DNA of 64,000 bases, from assembly GCF_964194155.1 (NCBI RefSeq), contig NC_135889.1:45074001-45138000 (forward strand). Direction: 5' to 3'. The notes beneath the pieces are model-generated. The model was not told where the DNA came from and did not search any database. It saw only the letters and a program-made list of their open reading frames with translations. The stretch comes from Cetorhinus maximus (lineage: Eukaryota). This document shows positions 23,711 through 35,821 of this stretch, one piece after another (positions within the stretch are counted from its first letter, which is position 1; each line of letters opens with the position of its first letter). A program made the position numbers and the translations under genes.

Positions 23711-25337
23711 CAGCAGGGCAGACTGCTCACTCACACCCAGTATCTGCTGGATGTTGGGCTGGACACATTCTGCACTCACTCCCAGCGCCTGCGGGACACA
23801 CTCCGCACTCACTCCCAGCGCCTGCGGGACACTGAGCTGGACAGACTCCCCACTCACTCCCAGTACCTGCTGGACATTGGGCTGGACAGACTCCTCACTC
23901 ACTCCCAGTACGTGCTAGACATTGGGCTGGACAGATTCCTCACTCACTCCCAGTACCTGCGGGACAGACTCCTCACTGACTCCCAGTACCTGCTGGACAG
24001 ACTCCTCACTCACTCCTAGTACCTGCTGGACAGACTCCTCACTCACTCCCAGTACCTGCTGGACAGACTCCTCACTCACTCCCAGTACCTGCTGGACAGG
24101 CTCCTCACTCACTCCCAGTACCTGCTGGACAGGCTCCTCACTCACTCCCAGTACCTGCTGGACAGGCTCCTCACTCACGCCCAGTACCTGCTGGACAGAC
24201 TCCTACTCACTCCTAGTACCTGCTGGACAGACTCCTCACTCACTCCCAGTACCTGCTGGACAGACTCCGCACTCACTCCCAGTACCTGCTGGACAGACTC
24301 CTCACTCACTCCCAGTACCTGCGGGACAGACTCCTCACTCACTCCCAGTACCTGCGGGACAGACTCCAAACTCACTCCCAGTACCTTCTGGACACTGGGC
24401 GGGACAGGATCCCCACTCACTCCCAGTACCTGCTGGACAGACTCCTCACTCACTCCCAGTACCTGCCGGACAGACTCCTCACTCACTCCCAGTACCTGCT
24501 GGACAGACTCCTCACTCACTCCCAGTACCTGCTGGACACTGAGCTGGACAGACTCCCCACTCACTCCCAGTACCTGCTGGACATTGGGCTGGACAGATTC
24601 CTCACTCACTCCCAGTGCCTGCTGGACACTGGGCGGAACAGACTCGTCACTCACTCCTAGTACCTGCTGGACAGACTCCTCACTCACTCCCAGTACCTGA
24701 TGGACAGACTCCCCACTCACTCCCAGTACCTGCTGGACAGACTCCCCACTCACTCCCAGTACCTGCTGGACTCTGGACTGGGCAGACTCCTCACTCACTC
24801 CCAGTACCTGCTGGACAGACTCCCCACTCACTCCCAGTACCTGCTGGACTCTGGACTGGACAGACTCCTCACTCACTCCCAGTACCTGCTGGACAGACTC
24901 CTCACTCACTCCCAGTACCTGCTGGACAGACTCCTCACTCACTCCCAGTACCTGCTGGACAGACTCCTCACTCACTCCCAGTACCTGCTGGACATTGGGC
25001 TGGACAGACTCCTCATTCACTCCCAGTACCTTCTGGACACTGGGCTGGACAGACTCCTCACTCACTCCCAGTACCTTCTGGACACTGGGCTGGACAGACT
25101 CCACACTCACTCCCAGTACCTTCTGGACACTGGGCTGGACAGACTCCACACTCACTCCCAGTACCTTCTGGACACTGGGCTGGACAGACTCCTCACTCAC
25201 TCCCAGTACCTGCTGGACACTGAGCTGGACAGACTCCACACTCACTCCCAGTACCTGCTGGACAGACTCCTCACTCACTCCCAGTACCTGCTGGACAGAC
25301 TCCCCACTCACTCCCAGTACCTGTTGGACATTGGGCT
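23711..25337. repeat. minisatellite, 33-bp unit with 45-bp variant
   Basis: Unit ctgctggacagactcctcactcactcccagtac (33 bp); variant adds 12 bp (ttgggctggaca/ctgggctggaca); roughly 40-45 units by estimate; most degenerate at the left end. Confidence 0.97.
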
Positions 25338-25540
25338 CCGCGCGCTTCCTCTACTGACGGAAGCCCCGCCCACGAGTTCCCCAGCGGGCTCCCTGCTGAT
25401 TGGTGGAGAGTCCCTGCAGTGACTGTCACTCAAATAGCGTCACTGTGTTTCCGCTCTTGTGTCTGTTTCAATCCGGGATCATCGAGTCTGGGGGTTGGAG
25501 GCTGTCGCTCGATTAAAGCAGCGCCTCATCCAAACTCGGT
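25338..25540. promoter_or_regulatory. bidirectional PMS1/ORMDL1 promoter and ORMDL1 non-coding exon 1
   Basis: Local CpG cluster; ETS-like CGGAAG 25358-25363, GC box CCCCGCCC 25364-25371, reverse CCAAT (gattgg) 25398-25403; plus-strand donor CG|gtaagg at 25538/25539; lies between two divergent genes that are also head-to-head in human. Confidence 0.8.
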
Positions 25541-26369
25541 AAGGAAATCACTGGAGGAAAGCTGCCTTTGGGTATTTCTTGCAATACGTTGTGGGAAAAC
25601 TGCTTTTCTTCTATTGGAGATATCTTAGTGCAGTGAGGTGCAGCTGCCCACTCTGGTTTTCTTCTTTTTCCTTTGTGGCCTAGCCCTGCATAGCAGCCTC
25701 CCCCCCCCACTACTCCCAACACACAAGGTGCTCAAGTAGGATTAACACCACATATTGCAAGCTGCTTAACGTTTTAATGGTTTTTAAAGATGCTTGGTTG
25801 AATATTTAGCTAACAGTAGGTTTGAGAAATTAGGTAATACAATAGATCACTGCATTGCAAATGTCAGAACTGTCGATTGGAGCAGAGATGGTGGAATGTA
25901 TTTGTTATGTTCCTCTCTTTACAAAAGTATCGAAAGTACAATCAGCAAGTTGACAGATCAACGGTAGATACTGATCAAAGGTCAGAATTAAGGGAGTTTC
26001 CTCCGCATTTATACAGACTAAACGTGTAAACACAATCAGTACAGCTTGGCCTTTTGTTGTAAGCACTAGGAGTCCTTTTAACAAGGTTTTGATTTGTTAA
26101 TTGCCACCTTTTAGCCTCTGGTATTTTGAATCTACGTAAAATAGAAAATGAGACCTTTTAAAGTTCGTTAGTCAGAGTCCGTAATATGGAGAATGTTTAA
26201 CAATGAATGGAGGGTGGGCAGATTTGGTTTTAAGATGGCACATTGGTGTCAGTTGTAGTCTGGACTGAGTAGCAAGTGAAACGACATTCAACAATAAATT
26301 GGAATGTTGGAAGCATTAATAACGATGGAATAATAGTAGCTATAACTGAGCTGCATAAATTGGGACAGG

Positions 26370-26658
26370 AACAAAAATACCTGGAAAAACTCAGCAGGTC
26401 TGACAGCATCTGCGGAGAGGAATACAGTTAACGTTTCGAGTCCGTATGACTCTTCAACAGAACTAAGGAAAAATAGAAAAGAGGTGAAAGCTTATATTTC
26501 ACCTCTTTTCTATTTTCCCTTAGTTCTGTTGAAAAGTCATACGGACTCGAAACGTTAACTGTATTCCTCTCCGCAGATGCTGTCAGACCTGCTGAGTTTT
26601 TCCAGGTATTTTTGTTTTTGTTTTGGATTTCCAGCATCCGCAGTTTTTTGCTTTTATC
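26370..26658. mobile_element. Penelope-type terminus with inverted duplication (120-bp-arm palindrome)
   Basis: Arms 26370-26489 and 26497-26616 are near-perfect reverse complements around a 7-nt spacer; flanked by imperfect direct repeats taaattgggacagga (26356-26370) and taagtttggacagga (26659-26673). Confidence 0.85.
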
Positions 26659-26829
26659 TAAGTTTGGACAGGACTTGGAACTTACTATTCCTCACTATTA
26701 TCTTTTATAAGATGAGGAAAAAGAGTGCCACAACATAAAATTGTCCTGTGGATTGATTAAAAAAATCCATGTGGCTAAATTGAAAATAAGAAGGAAAATG
26801 TTACCATTCTTCAAAATGAGATCTACATA

Positions 26830-27200
26830 GAAAAAAAGGCATTCATAGTGTATTTCACAACTTCAAATTATCCCAGAGTACTTTATAGACAAGTGTATGC
26901 ACTATTGCAGTGTAGGAAACTCAGCAGCCAATTTGTGCACAGCAGTGAGACAATGACCAGTAGATCTGTTTTGTGATGTTGGTTGAGGGATAAATACGGG
27001 CCAAGACATTAGAGGAACTCGGGCTTTGTTAGTGCAATGATATCAGCTTAGTTCAATGTCTTTGTGTCTTGACAGTGGAGCACATTTTCAGTACTGCTCT
27101 GATGTGTCAATCTATATTCTATGCTCAAGTCTCAGATATGGGACTTGAACCTGTAACCTGATTGGGACATGAGTTCCATCACTGACCCAAGGCTGACACC
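26830..27200 (-). mobile_element. old SINE-like repeat (DeuSINE-like)
   Basis: gtgatgttggttgagggataaata is the reverse complement of the motif in 10565-11005; tRNA-like head toward 27200. Confidence 0.45.
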
Positions 27201-27629
27201 TAGGATAAAATGAAGAGTTATGTCAGAATAACAGGGCAATAATGTCAGGTGATTTCAATTATCCCAAGAGACTGGAATAAAGAGAATATATGTGAATAAT
27301 AAAGGACCAGAAGGATATGAGGTAAGGTTGGAGGGGGCAGGTGGAATATAAACACTAGCACAGAATTGTTAAACTGAATGAGAACAATTTTTTTGCATTA
27401 TGTCTGCAGCCCAATGAGGGAAGGAGCATTGCTCGATTCTTGGAAATAAAGTGGAGTAATTCACTGCTGGGAAAGCAATTGGAAATAACAACTGCAACAA
27501 CATTAGATGTAAATTTGCAAAAAGGCATAAAGAGTTGGGTGTAAAGTGCTAGTCTGGGAAAGGGCAAAGTTCAGGCCCAATTTAATTGGGTAGGAAAGTT
27601 AGCAAATGGGTCAACTGAATGATGTTGGG

Positions 27630-29280
27630 AAATCATAGAATGGTTACAGCACAGAACGAGGCCATTTGTCCAGTCAAGTCTGTGCTACCTCTGCAAGAAC
27701 AATCCAGGTAACCCCACTCCCCCACCCTTCCTCGTAGCCCTGCAAATATTTTCCTTCACATACTTATCTAATTCCATTTGAAAGCCTTGATTGAATCTGC
27801 CTCTACCACATAATCCTTCGCTGCGTTAAGAGATTCCTCAAGACACCTTTGGTTCTTTTACCAAGCACCTTAAATCTGTGTCCTCTGGTTCGCAACGTTT
27901 CCTCCAACAGGAATGTTTCTCTTCAGCTACTCTGTCTAAACCCCTGTGATTTTGAACTCTTCTATCAAATCTGCTCTCAATCTCCTCTTCTCAAAGGAGA
28001 ACAACTCCAGCTTCTCCAATCTATCCATGTAACTGAAGTCCCTCACCCCTGGAACCATTCTATTAAACCTCTCTGAGGTCTTAACTTCCTTCCTAAAGTG
28101 CAGTGCCCAGAATTGGGAACAATAATCCAGTTGTGGCTGAACTAATGTTAATAAATTTTGCCATAGCTTCCTTGTTTTTGTACTATTATGCCCCTGCTTT
28201 CGAAGACCTTGATCCCAAATGCTTTTTTAAATTGCTTTCTCATCCTGCCACCTTCAACAACTTATGCACGTATCCTCTCAGGTGTCTCTGGTCCTGCACA
28301 TGCTTTAGAATTGTACTCTTCTGTTTGTATTATCTGTTCTTGCTCTTCCTACCAAAATGTGTCATTTTGTACTTCTCTGCATTAAATTTCACATGCCACA
28401 GATCTGTCTATTCTACCAGTCTTTGTCCTCTTGAAGTCTATCACTATCCTTCTCACAGTTCACAATATAGGCAGTCCTCGACTTTCGACGTTTGAGTTAT
28501 GACAAACAGCACTCACAACGCTTATAATTGGACACCTTGTTTTGACCTTTCCACGTCAGTTTCGACTTTGACGGCATGCCAGTGAACAAGTTCAAATGTT
28601 TGTACGTGCACATCGATGTTCTGCCCTGCCCATCTCCCTGACTCAACACTCATTTGCTGTTCTGATGCTATTAGTACAGTACTGTACTATATTTCTATAT
28701 GTATCTTTAGCTTATGATTTTTATGTCAGTATGATGCTATTTACAATATAAATACGTTAATGTTGCTATATTACTCATCTGTAATTGATTGAGTTCAACA
28801 TTCTGGGTTATTTTGGTGAAAATAGGGTATCGGGCCTTGGTTCAGGAACCAATCCCCCATTTATAATATTGTTCTTATGGGAAAATAGGTTCCGAGGTTA
28901 CGACGTTTCGACTTAAGACACGGTTTTCAGGAACCAATTGTGTCGTAAGTCTGAGGACTGCCTGTAATTCCAAGTTTTGTATTATTTACAATTTTGAAAT
29001 TGTGCCCTGTACACCCAAGTCTAAGTCATTAACATACATCAAGAAAAGCGGCAGGCCTAGTACCAACTCCTGGGGAATACTACTATATACCTTGCTACAG
29101 TCACCAGTACCCCATTTCCTCTCACCCAGCACTTTCATTTCCATGTAGTCACTGCCCCTTTCATTCCATGGGCTTCAACTTTGCTAACAAGTTTATTATG
29201 TGGTGCTTTGTCATACATCTTTTGGAAGTCCATGTACACATCAACAGCATTGCCCTTATCAACACTCCCTGTTACCTGCA
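27630..29280 (-). mobile_element. CR1 LINE remnant (host of the Tigger-like MITE)
   Basis: Minus ORF VDKGNAVDVYMDFQKMYDKAPHNKL; CR1 tail (atcatagaat...) at ~27632. Confidence 0.85.
28468..28964. mobile_element. Tc1/mariner (Tigger/pogo-like) MITE
   Basis: TIRs (t)aggcagtcctcgactttcgac / gtcgtaagtctgaggactgcctg flanked by TA on both sides (28466-28467, 28965-28966). Confidence 0.85.
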
Positions 29281-30199
29281 AATCCTTAAATGTGAGATGG
29301 GCAGAGTACAAAACAAATGTATTTCTAGAAGGCAAAACCATTGTGAATCAAAGGATGGAGTTCCATAGATCAAAACTGAACTTGAGGGGGCTACACTAAA
29401 GATTGTGAGGTTCATGGAAAATATTATAGGGAGGTGAAATAATTAACAGGGCTAATAAAAGTAATAAAGGATTTTATAAGCAAATAAAAGTGAAAAAAAT
29501 AGAGGTTAAGGCTGCTAAAATATGAGGGAGGGAGCCTACTTTGTCAGCCTTATTACAGATTTAAACTGGTCAAACCTGGTCGAAAAATAGGTGGTCAGAA
29601 AATAATTGCATGTGATACAAAACCAGTTTATGCTCAGGGCAACAGTTGTACTTGCCAACAAAGATAGCCATGGACAGCTGAAGTGATAACAGGCAACATA
29701 CAATTAAACAAAAAAAATGCAAAAAGAGTATTGATACTGGCGAATGAAAAAATACAAAGAGCAGGAAAGGGTGATACAAAAAGGAAGCATGAAAAGAAAC
29801 TTGCAAGGCATATCAAAATCAACATAAATTTTTACATTTATATTAGAGAAAAGGGGGTCATAAGCAATATAGGTCCTTTGAAAACTGGTAAGTGATGTCA
29901 ATGAAAATAGAATCGAGGCGGGGCAGGCATCTCAAGAAAACCATTTCTGAATCAGACTAAACAAAATTAATGTAAGCCAGATGACCATGATGGAGAAACT
30001 AATGGCACTAAAGATTGACAAATTTGCAGATGGTTTCCATCCCAATGTTTTAAGTGAAGCATGTGAGAACATTGCAGATGCCCTAACTATAATCTTCCAA
30101 AGTTCTCACTATTTTGGAGCCATTCTCTTAGATTGGAAAATTGTGCATATTACTCTATTTAAGAAAGGTGATCAAGGGGAACCATGGAATTATAAATGT

Positions 30200-31740
30200 G
30201 CTCATTTGACATTGTTAGCCTATTCACCAATGTTCCACTTAAGGAAACCATAGATATTTGCGCTGCAGCACTATATCATGGTTATTTAGACCTGCCACCA
30301 TTGAGCTTATGAACTCGGCAACTCACGCAGTTGAGTTCATTTTTAATGACACCATGTATGCCCAACGGTGTTGCCATGGGATCCCCTCTAGGCCCGGCTC
30401 TTGCAAACATCTTTGTTGGGTTCCACGAGAAATGTGTCTTCGATAGAATGACACCTAATCTCCTACCTCTCGTATACTTCCGATATGTGGATGATACATT
30501 TACTATTTTTAAATCTGCAGCTGCATATAACAATTTCCTTACATGTCTTAATGGGCTCCATCCTGTGCTCAAATTCACCTATGAAATGGAGCAGTCAAAT
30601 TAACTCCCCTTCCTTGACATGCTAGTTGAGAAATTTGCCAGGGGATTCTCTACCACGGCCTACTGCAAGCTTACCTTCACTGGTCAATATACATGTTGGG
30701 ATTCTTACAGTTCCACACTCTATAAGGTTGGTCTTAGCAGCAACCTTGTAAATAGGGCCCGCCATGCAAGCTTGATGCTGAAATAGGCTGCATCGTAGGC
30801 ATCCTTCAGGATAACGGCTACCCTGATAGATCATTTCGCGCTGTGTATCTCACAAACTTATGAACGGGCCTAAGGCCGTTACTTTCGGCCCTGAAAAGTG
30901 TCCAGTCTACCTCAGATTACCTTGGAAGGGCAAGGTATCTCAAAAATCTGAACAACAGGTGAAGCTGTTTCACACTCCTACTATGCAGTAGCAACACAAG
31001 TGGTATTTGCCACTAACAGGATGCTGCCGTCAAGCCAGAAAGACATTCTGCCTAACATACAAATGATTAATGTGGTATATGAATTTCATTGCCAGTGTGA
31101 TTCTAGGTATGTAGGCTGTACGTCCCAAAGACTAGCGGATTGTATCAAACAGCATGTCCCAGCCGCTGTTTGCAATGGGCAGGGTACTGTACCCAACCAG
31201 CCTGTGCTTGCAAAACTCAAAACAGTGTCCAACATTAAAAGCGATTCTGCATTTGGACAACATTTGTTAAATAATTCTCATTGTGCTAAGAATTACGCTG
31301 ACGACCAATTTAAGATTGTCAGTCGGGCTTGCAATGTTGTGCAATTGCGTGTACTGGAAGCTACATATATTCATACAAAGGGCCCTGTTCTTTGCAGATA
31401 GAAAGAACATGTGCACATATTGCACCTGTTTCAGTTAAACAGAATAAGTGACAGCTATTTACTGACTCATTCCTCATGGCAATGCCTTGACCAATCAGGG
31501 TCAAGCTGCCTGGTTTAAATTTCGAACAATGCTTAGCAGTTAACTGTCAGTCATCATCAGTGGTGCATTCTCCATAGCAACACCACTTGCCAACCAATCA
31601 GCACTCTCTTCACATACAGTATAAATTGTTGTTTTCCCTCTTATATTGGTATTCTTGAGTGTCCTGATGAATGCAAGACGCAAAGCTTAGAATGTCTCCT
31701 TTTTCAGCAATACTCAAATTCTGTACTACCGAACGACTAT
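30200..31740 (+). mobile_element. Penelope-like element (RT plus GIY-YIG endonuclease), 5'-truncated and frameshifted
   Basis: RT motifs NGVAMGSPLGPALANIF and YFRYVDDTF; GIY-YIG domain VVYEFHCQCDSRYVGCTSQRLADCIKQH...SAFGQHL; 3' terminus with degenerate CTGATGA hammerhead-like core at 31664. Confidence 0.92.
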
Positions 31741-32089
31741 TAATTATTAATGAGTTAGCCTAACATCTCTTGTCAAGAAATTGCAAGAATTGCAGGGAAT
31801 GTCTGTGGATGTTGTTTATATGCACTTTGATAAAGCCCCTCATAAAAAAAAAAGACCGTTAGCTAAAATGAAGGTTTATGGAATTAAAGGCCACTTATTG
31901 ACCTGGTTAGCAAATTGGCTGAGCGGAAGAAGACAGAGTAGGGATAATGGACAGTTACTCTAATTGACGCAGTGTGGCTTGTGGTGTCCCACAAGGATCT
32001 GTTGGGGCCTCAACTATTCACTGTATTCATTAACCATAATGATGATGGACAGAAACCACATATCCACATTTACCAATGACAAAGTTTTT

Positions 32090-32427
32090 AATTTGTTCAT
32101 GGGATGTGTACGTTGCTGGCTAGGCCACCATTTATTGTAAATCCCTAATTGCCCTTTTTCGGAGGGCATTTAAGAGTCAACTACATGGGGTTGCTGTGGG
32201 TCTGGAGTCACATGTAGGCCAGACCAGGTAAGGATGGCAGATTTCCTTCCCAGATGGAATTTTACAACAATCAGCAATGATTTTGTGGTCATCATCAGAC
32301 TTGTAATTCCAGATTTTTATTGAATTCAAATTTCACCATCTGCCATGGTAGGATTTGAACCTAGGTCCTCAGAGCATTACCCTCGGTCTCTGAATGACTA
32401 GTGCAGTGACAATGCCACTACACCATT
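32090..32427 (-). mobile_element. tRNA-derived SINE (HE1-like)
   Basis: Reverse complement has head ggtgtagtggcattgtcactgcactagtcattcagag...ggttcaaatcc and tail gggcaattaggga...aataaatg. Confidence 0.75.
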
Positions 32428-33299
32428 GAGGCACTGCAAGCAGTATAGATGGAAGCATTAAATTCCAAAGCAGTATTGATAGATTAAGTCAATGGGCATA
32501 TGGATTTAAATGTACAGATGTGAGGTCATCCACAGGGTACTTTCTAAATAGTGAAAAGCTCAAAACACTGGAGGTCTAAAGAGACTTGGGGATCTAGGTA
32601 CACAGATCACCAAAATGTCATGAATACATACAAAGGAATAGAATATAAAAGTATATAAGTTAAGCTTTAGCTATACAAAGCCCTGGTTAGATCGCACCTA
32701 GTGTAATTTGAGCAGTTCTGGGCACCATACCTTAGGGAGGACATATTGGCTTGGAGAGAGTTCAGCGTAGATTTACCAGAACGATATCTGGATTTCAAGG
32801 ATTAAGTTATGGGAGAGATTACATAAACTAGAATTGTATTTCTTGGAAGTTAGTAGATTAGGGGGTGATTTGATCCAATTTTTTGAGATATTAGGGGGAA
32901 CTGATAGGGTAGATTGGGAGAACTATTGCCACTAGATGGGGGTGCTATAACAAGGGCATGGTCAAGAAACGTTAGAGCCAGACCTTTCAGGAGTGACACT
33001 TCTTTAGAAGACAATTCTTCACACAGAGGATGGTATAATATGGAACTCTCTTCTTTCTGCTAACAGTAATTGATGCTGGATTAATTGTTAATTTTAAAAC
33101 TGAAGTGTTTTTTTGTTAGCTAGTGGTATCAAAGTATATGGGGCAATGGCTGGTAAATGGAGTTAGGTTATAAATCGGTCATGATCTGATCGAATGGTGG
33201 AACAAGCTCAAGGGGCGAAATGGCCTACTGCTGTTCCTATGTGGAGGAGATATTAAATATTTTACATCATTTTTTAAATGATAGTAGCATTGAAAGTTA

Positions 33300-34800
33300 A
33301 GGTGTAGTGGAGAAGGATGTTGAACAATTACTAGAAATCACTAGACTGGGTTTGCAGAAACACAACTGCAGATGGTTAAGTCACTAGGTCTCGATGACAT
33401 TCACTTTAGGCTGCTATAAAGATGTAGAAGAAGCATGGAGACTTTAGCCACAATTTTTCAATCCTCTTTAAATATGCAAATTGTACTTTGGCACCAATAA
33501 TAACTCTTTTTCAAAAAGTGATGATGAAGAAACCAGTAAGTAGAGACCAACTAATCTCATGTCTGTTGGCCTCCTGATCTAAAGATTTATGAATTCTAAC
33601 TTTGTGAGCATTAGTACAACATGTGTTAATCGAAGACAATTAGCATGGATTTGTTAAAGGCAAGGCCTGTTTGAGAAATGTAATTTTTGAATTTTATAGA
33701 GAAAGATAATACAGTAGATATGGATTTTCAGAAGGCATTCAATAAGATGTCTCAAAAAAGGCTTGTTAGAAAAAATTATATGTATAGTATAAGAGGAAAT
33801 GCAATGGCTTGAAAACTGCTGGACAATCCAGAAACAAAGAATTAGGAAAAATTGGTATTGCTTAGATTGGGAATAGGGTAAGAAGTTCTGCACCCCAGGG
33901 GTCAATGTTGGTCCACCTCTGATCTTGGTATGTGTAGATGTTTTGGACTGGGGGGAACAGGGAATACAATCTTGAAACCTGCTAACTACTCCAAAAAGGG
34001 GGGTTGACAAACAATGAGGTAATGGGCCTCAGGAAGACGTACACAAGTTAATGGCCTGGGCAGATGCAATTTAATTTGGACAAGTGTGAGTTAATATGTT
34101 TATTGTGGAAAAACAAATGGGAGTATGCGCTCGATGTAAAGAGGCTGAAGAGTGTGGATGAACAATTGAGACATTGGAGTTCTAAATATATAATTGTCTG
34201 CAAGTGCAGGTAGATTAAGCCAAACATTTTGCCAACAGTAGGCCATTATTTTGGGTTTCATAAATAGTTCCATATAGATAACAAGAGTAAAATGCTAAAG
34301 ATAAATTTGAATCAAACACTGGTTAGCCACAGTCAGATTGCTCTGAACAGTTATAAAAAGGACCGTTTTAAGTGATAAACCATGTACAGTGTCACCAGAA
34401 TGAGACAAAGATGGGAAACAACAATTCTGAGGAGAGACTTGAGATACTGAGACTATTTTCACCAGAACTGAGAAGTTTAAGAGTGCTCTATAAATATTCT
34501 TAACATTAAGAAGGGTTCTTGGGGGCAGGAGAATTTGCTCTGGTTGCAGAGTCCGAGAACAGGGAATATTATTTTAAAATTGTCATACTGAGTAAAGAGA
34601 TCAGGAGAAATTCCTTTATCCTGAAAGTTGTTGGAATATTTAATTATTTGCCATTGATGGAGTAGAAAACATTGCATCTTTTAATGGAAAACTGGATAAA
34701 CATTGGCAGCAAAAGGAGATAAAGGGTCATGGGGAGAAAAGGGACAGCAGGATTATAGAAAGGTTGGGCCAAATTACCTTTGCTGTACTATTCTGCATTG
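33300..34800 (+). mobile_element. older, heavily decayed CR1 LINE
   Basis: Residual motifs catggatttgttaaaggc (HGFVKG), atggattttcagaaggcattc (MDFQKAF), ccccaggggtca (PQGS). Confidence 0.7.
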
Positions 34801-35046
34801 CATCAGTTAGCAAATTTCAAAATTCACATTGCATGTTGTTGTTTACCCTATTGGGTAAATGATGGCCTTTATATAAAATACGTACCTTGATGGATATTAT
34901 ATAAGCTATCAGTATGCATTACTGTGCTGGATATAAGATGGTTAGTTTATAATTATATTAAAATGTTATCAAAATATTACTGGAAGAGTTTTATGATTAA
35001 TTTTATTTCTGTGCCACACTTATTCCACATGCATTGTTAAATTTTG

Positions 35047-35415
35047 GGGAGATGGTGGTGTGGTGGTAATGTCACTGGACTAGTAATTCAAAGGCCCAGG
35101 CCAATGTTTTGGGAACACTGGTTCATATCCCATCATGGCAGCTGGTGAAATTTAAATTCAATTAATAAAACCTGGAATTGAAAGCTAGTCTCAGTAATGG
35201 TGACCATGAAACTATCGTCTACTGTCATAAAAATCCATCTGGTTCACTAATGTCCTTTAGGGAAGGAAATCTGCTGTTCTTACCTGGTCTGGCTTACATG
35301 TGACTGAGATTCATAGCAATGTGATTGACTCATAACTGCCCTCTGAAATGGCTATCAAGCCACTCGGTTCAAGGGCAATTAGGAATGGGCAACATACGCC
35401 CACACCCCATGAAAG
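35047..35415 (+). mobile_element. tRNA-derived SINE (HE1-like), near full length
   Basis: A box TGGTGTGGTGG, B-box-like GGTTCATATCC, core tcctttagggaaggaaatctgc, tail gggcaattaggaatgggcaac. Confidence 0.8.
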
Positions 35416-35647
35416 AATACATTTTAAAAATGAGAGCAGACTGGAAGAAAAAGGGATGTTTTATTAAAAGTTCAGAGAAATCCGAACAATTGAGTTAAGT
35501 GCATCATGAAGAGCACCCATCTTTCATTGTCTAACGGATAAGGCTTTCAACAGCTCTTGTTTTCATTTGAGTCAAATAACTTAAATACTTGACTCTAAGG
35601 AGGCAGATATTTAAACCGTTTTTTTTTTAATCCTTGCAGATAAAAAG

Positions 35648-35821
35648 ATGAACGTTGGCGTTGCACACAGTGAAGTGAATCCGAACACAAGAGTAATGAA
35701 CAGCCGTGGAATATGGCTGACATATGCACTTGGTGTTGGGATGCTTCATATAGTGCTGTTGAGCATCCCCTTCTTCACTGTTCCTGTTGTGTGGACTTTA
35801 ACGAATGTAATTCACAACTTG
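35648..35821 (+). CDS. ORMDL1: ORMDL1 coding exon 1 ([21 protein letters not shown]...IHNL)
   Basis: ORMDL N-terminus; acceptor ttgcag| at 35639/35640; donor TTG|gtgagt; 174 nt; adjacency to PMS1 supports the ORMDL1 paralogue. Confidence 0.97.

Larger units (their letters stand above)
29660..33245 (+). mobile_element. CR1 LINE remnant split by Penelope (30200-31740) and SINE (32090-32427) insertions
   Basis: DALTIIFQSS...WKIVHITLFKKG...NYK before the insertion; VDVVYMHFDKAPH...NWLSGRRQ after it; CR1 tail tgttcctatg near 33240. Confidence 0.85.

Noticed and set aside
23684-25422. Long ORFs (up to 378 aa) in several frames, and a CRISPR-like appearance of the array
   Set aside because: Unit lengths of 33 and 45 bp are multiples of 3, so stop-free frames arise automatically on both strands; there are no unique spacers or cas genes and the DNA is vertebrate.
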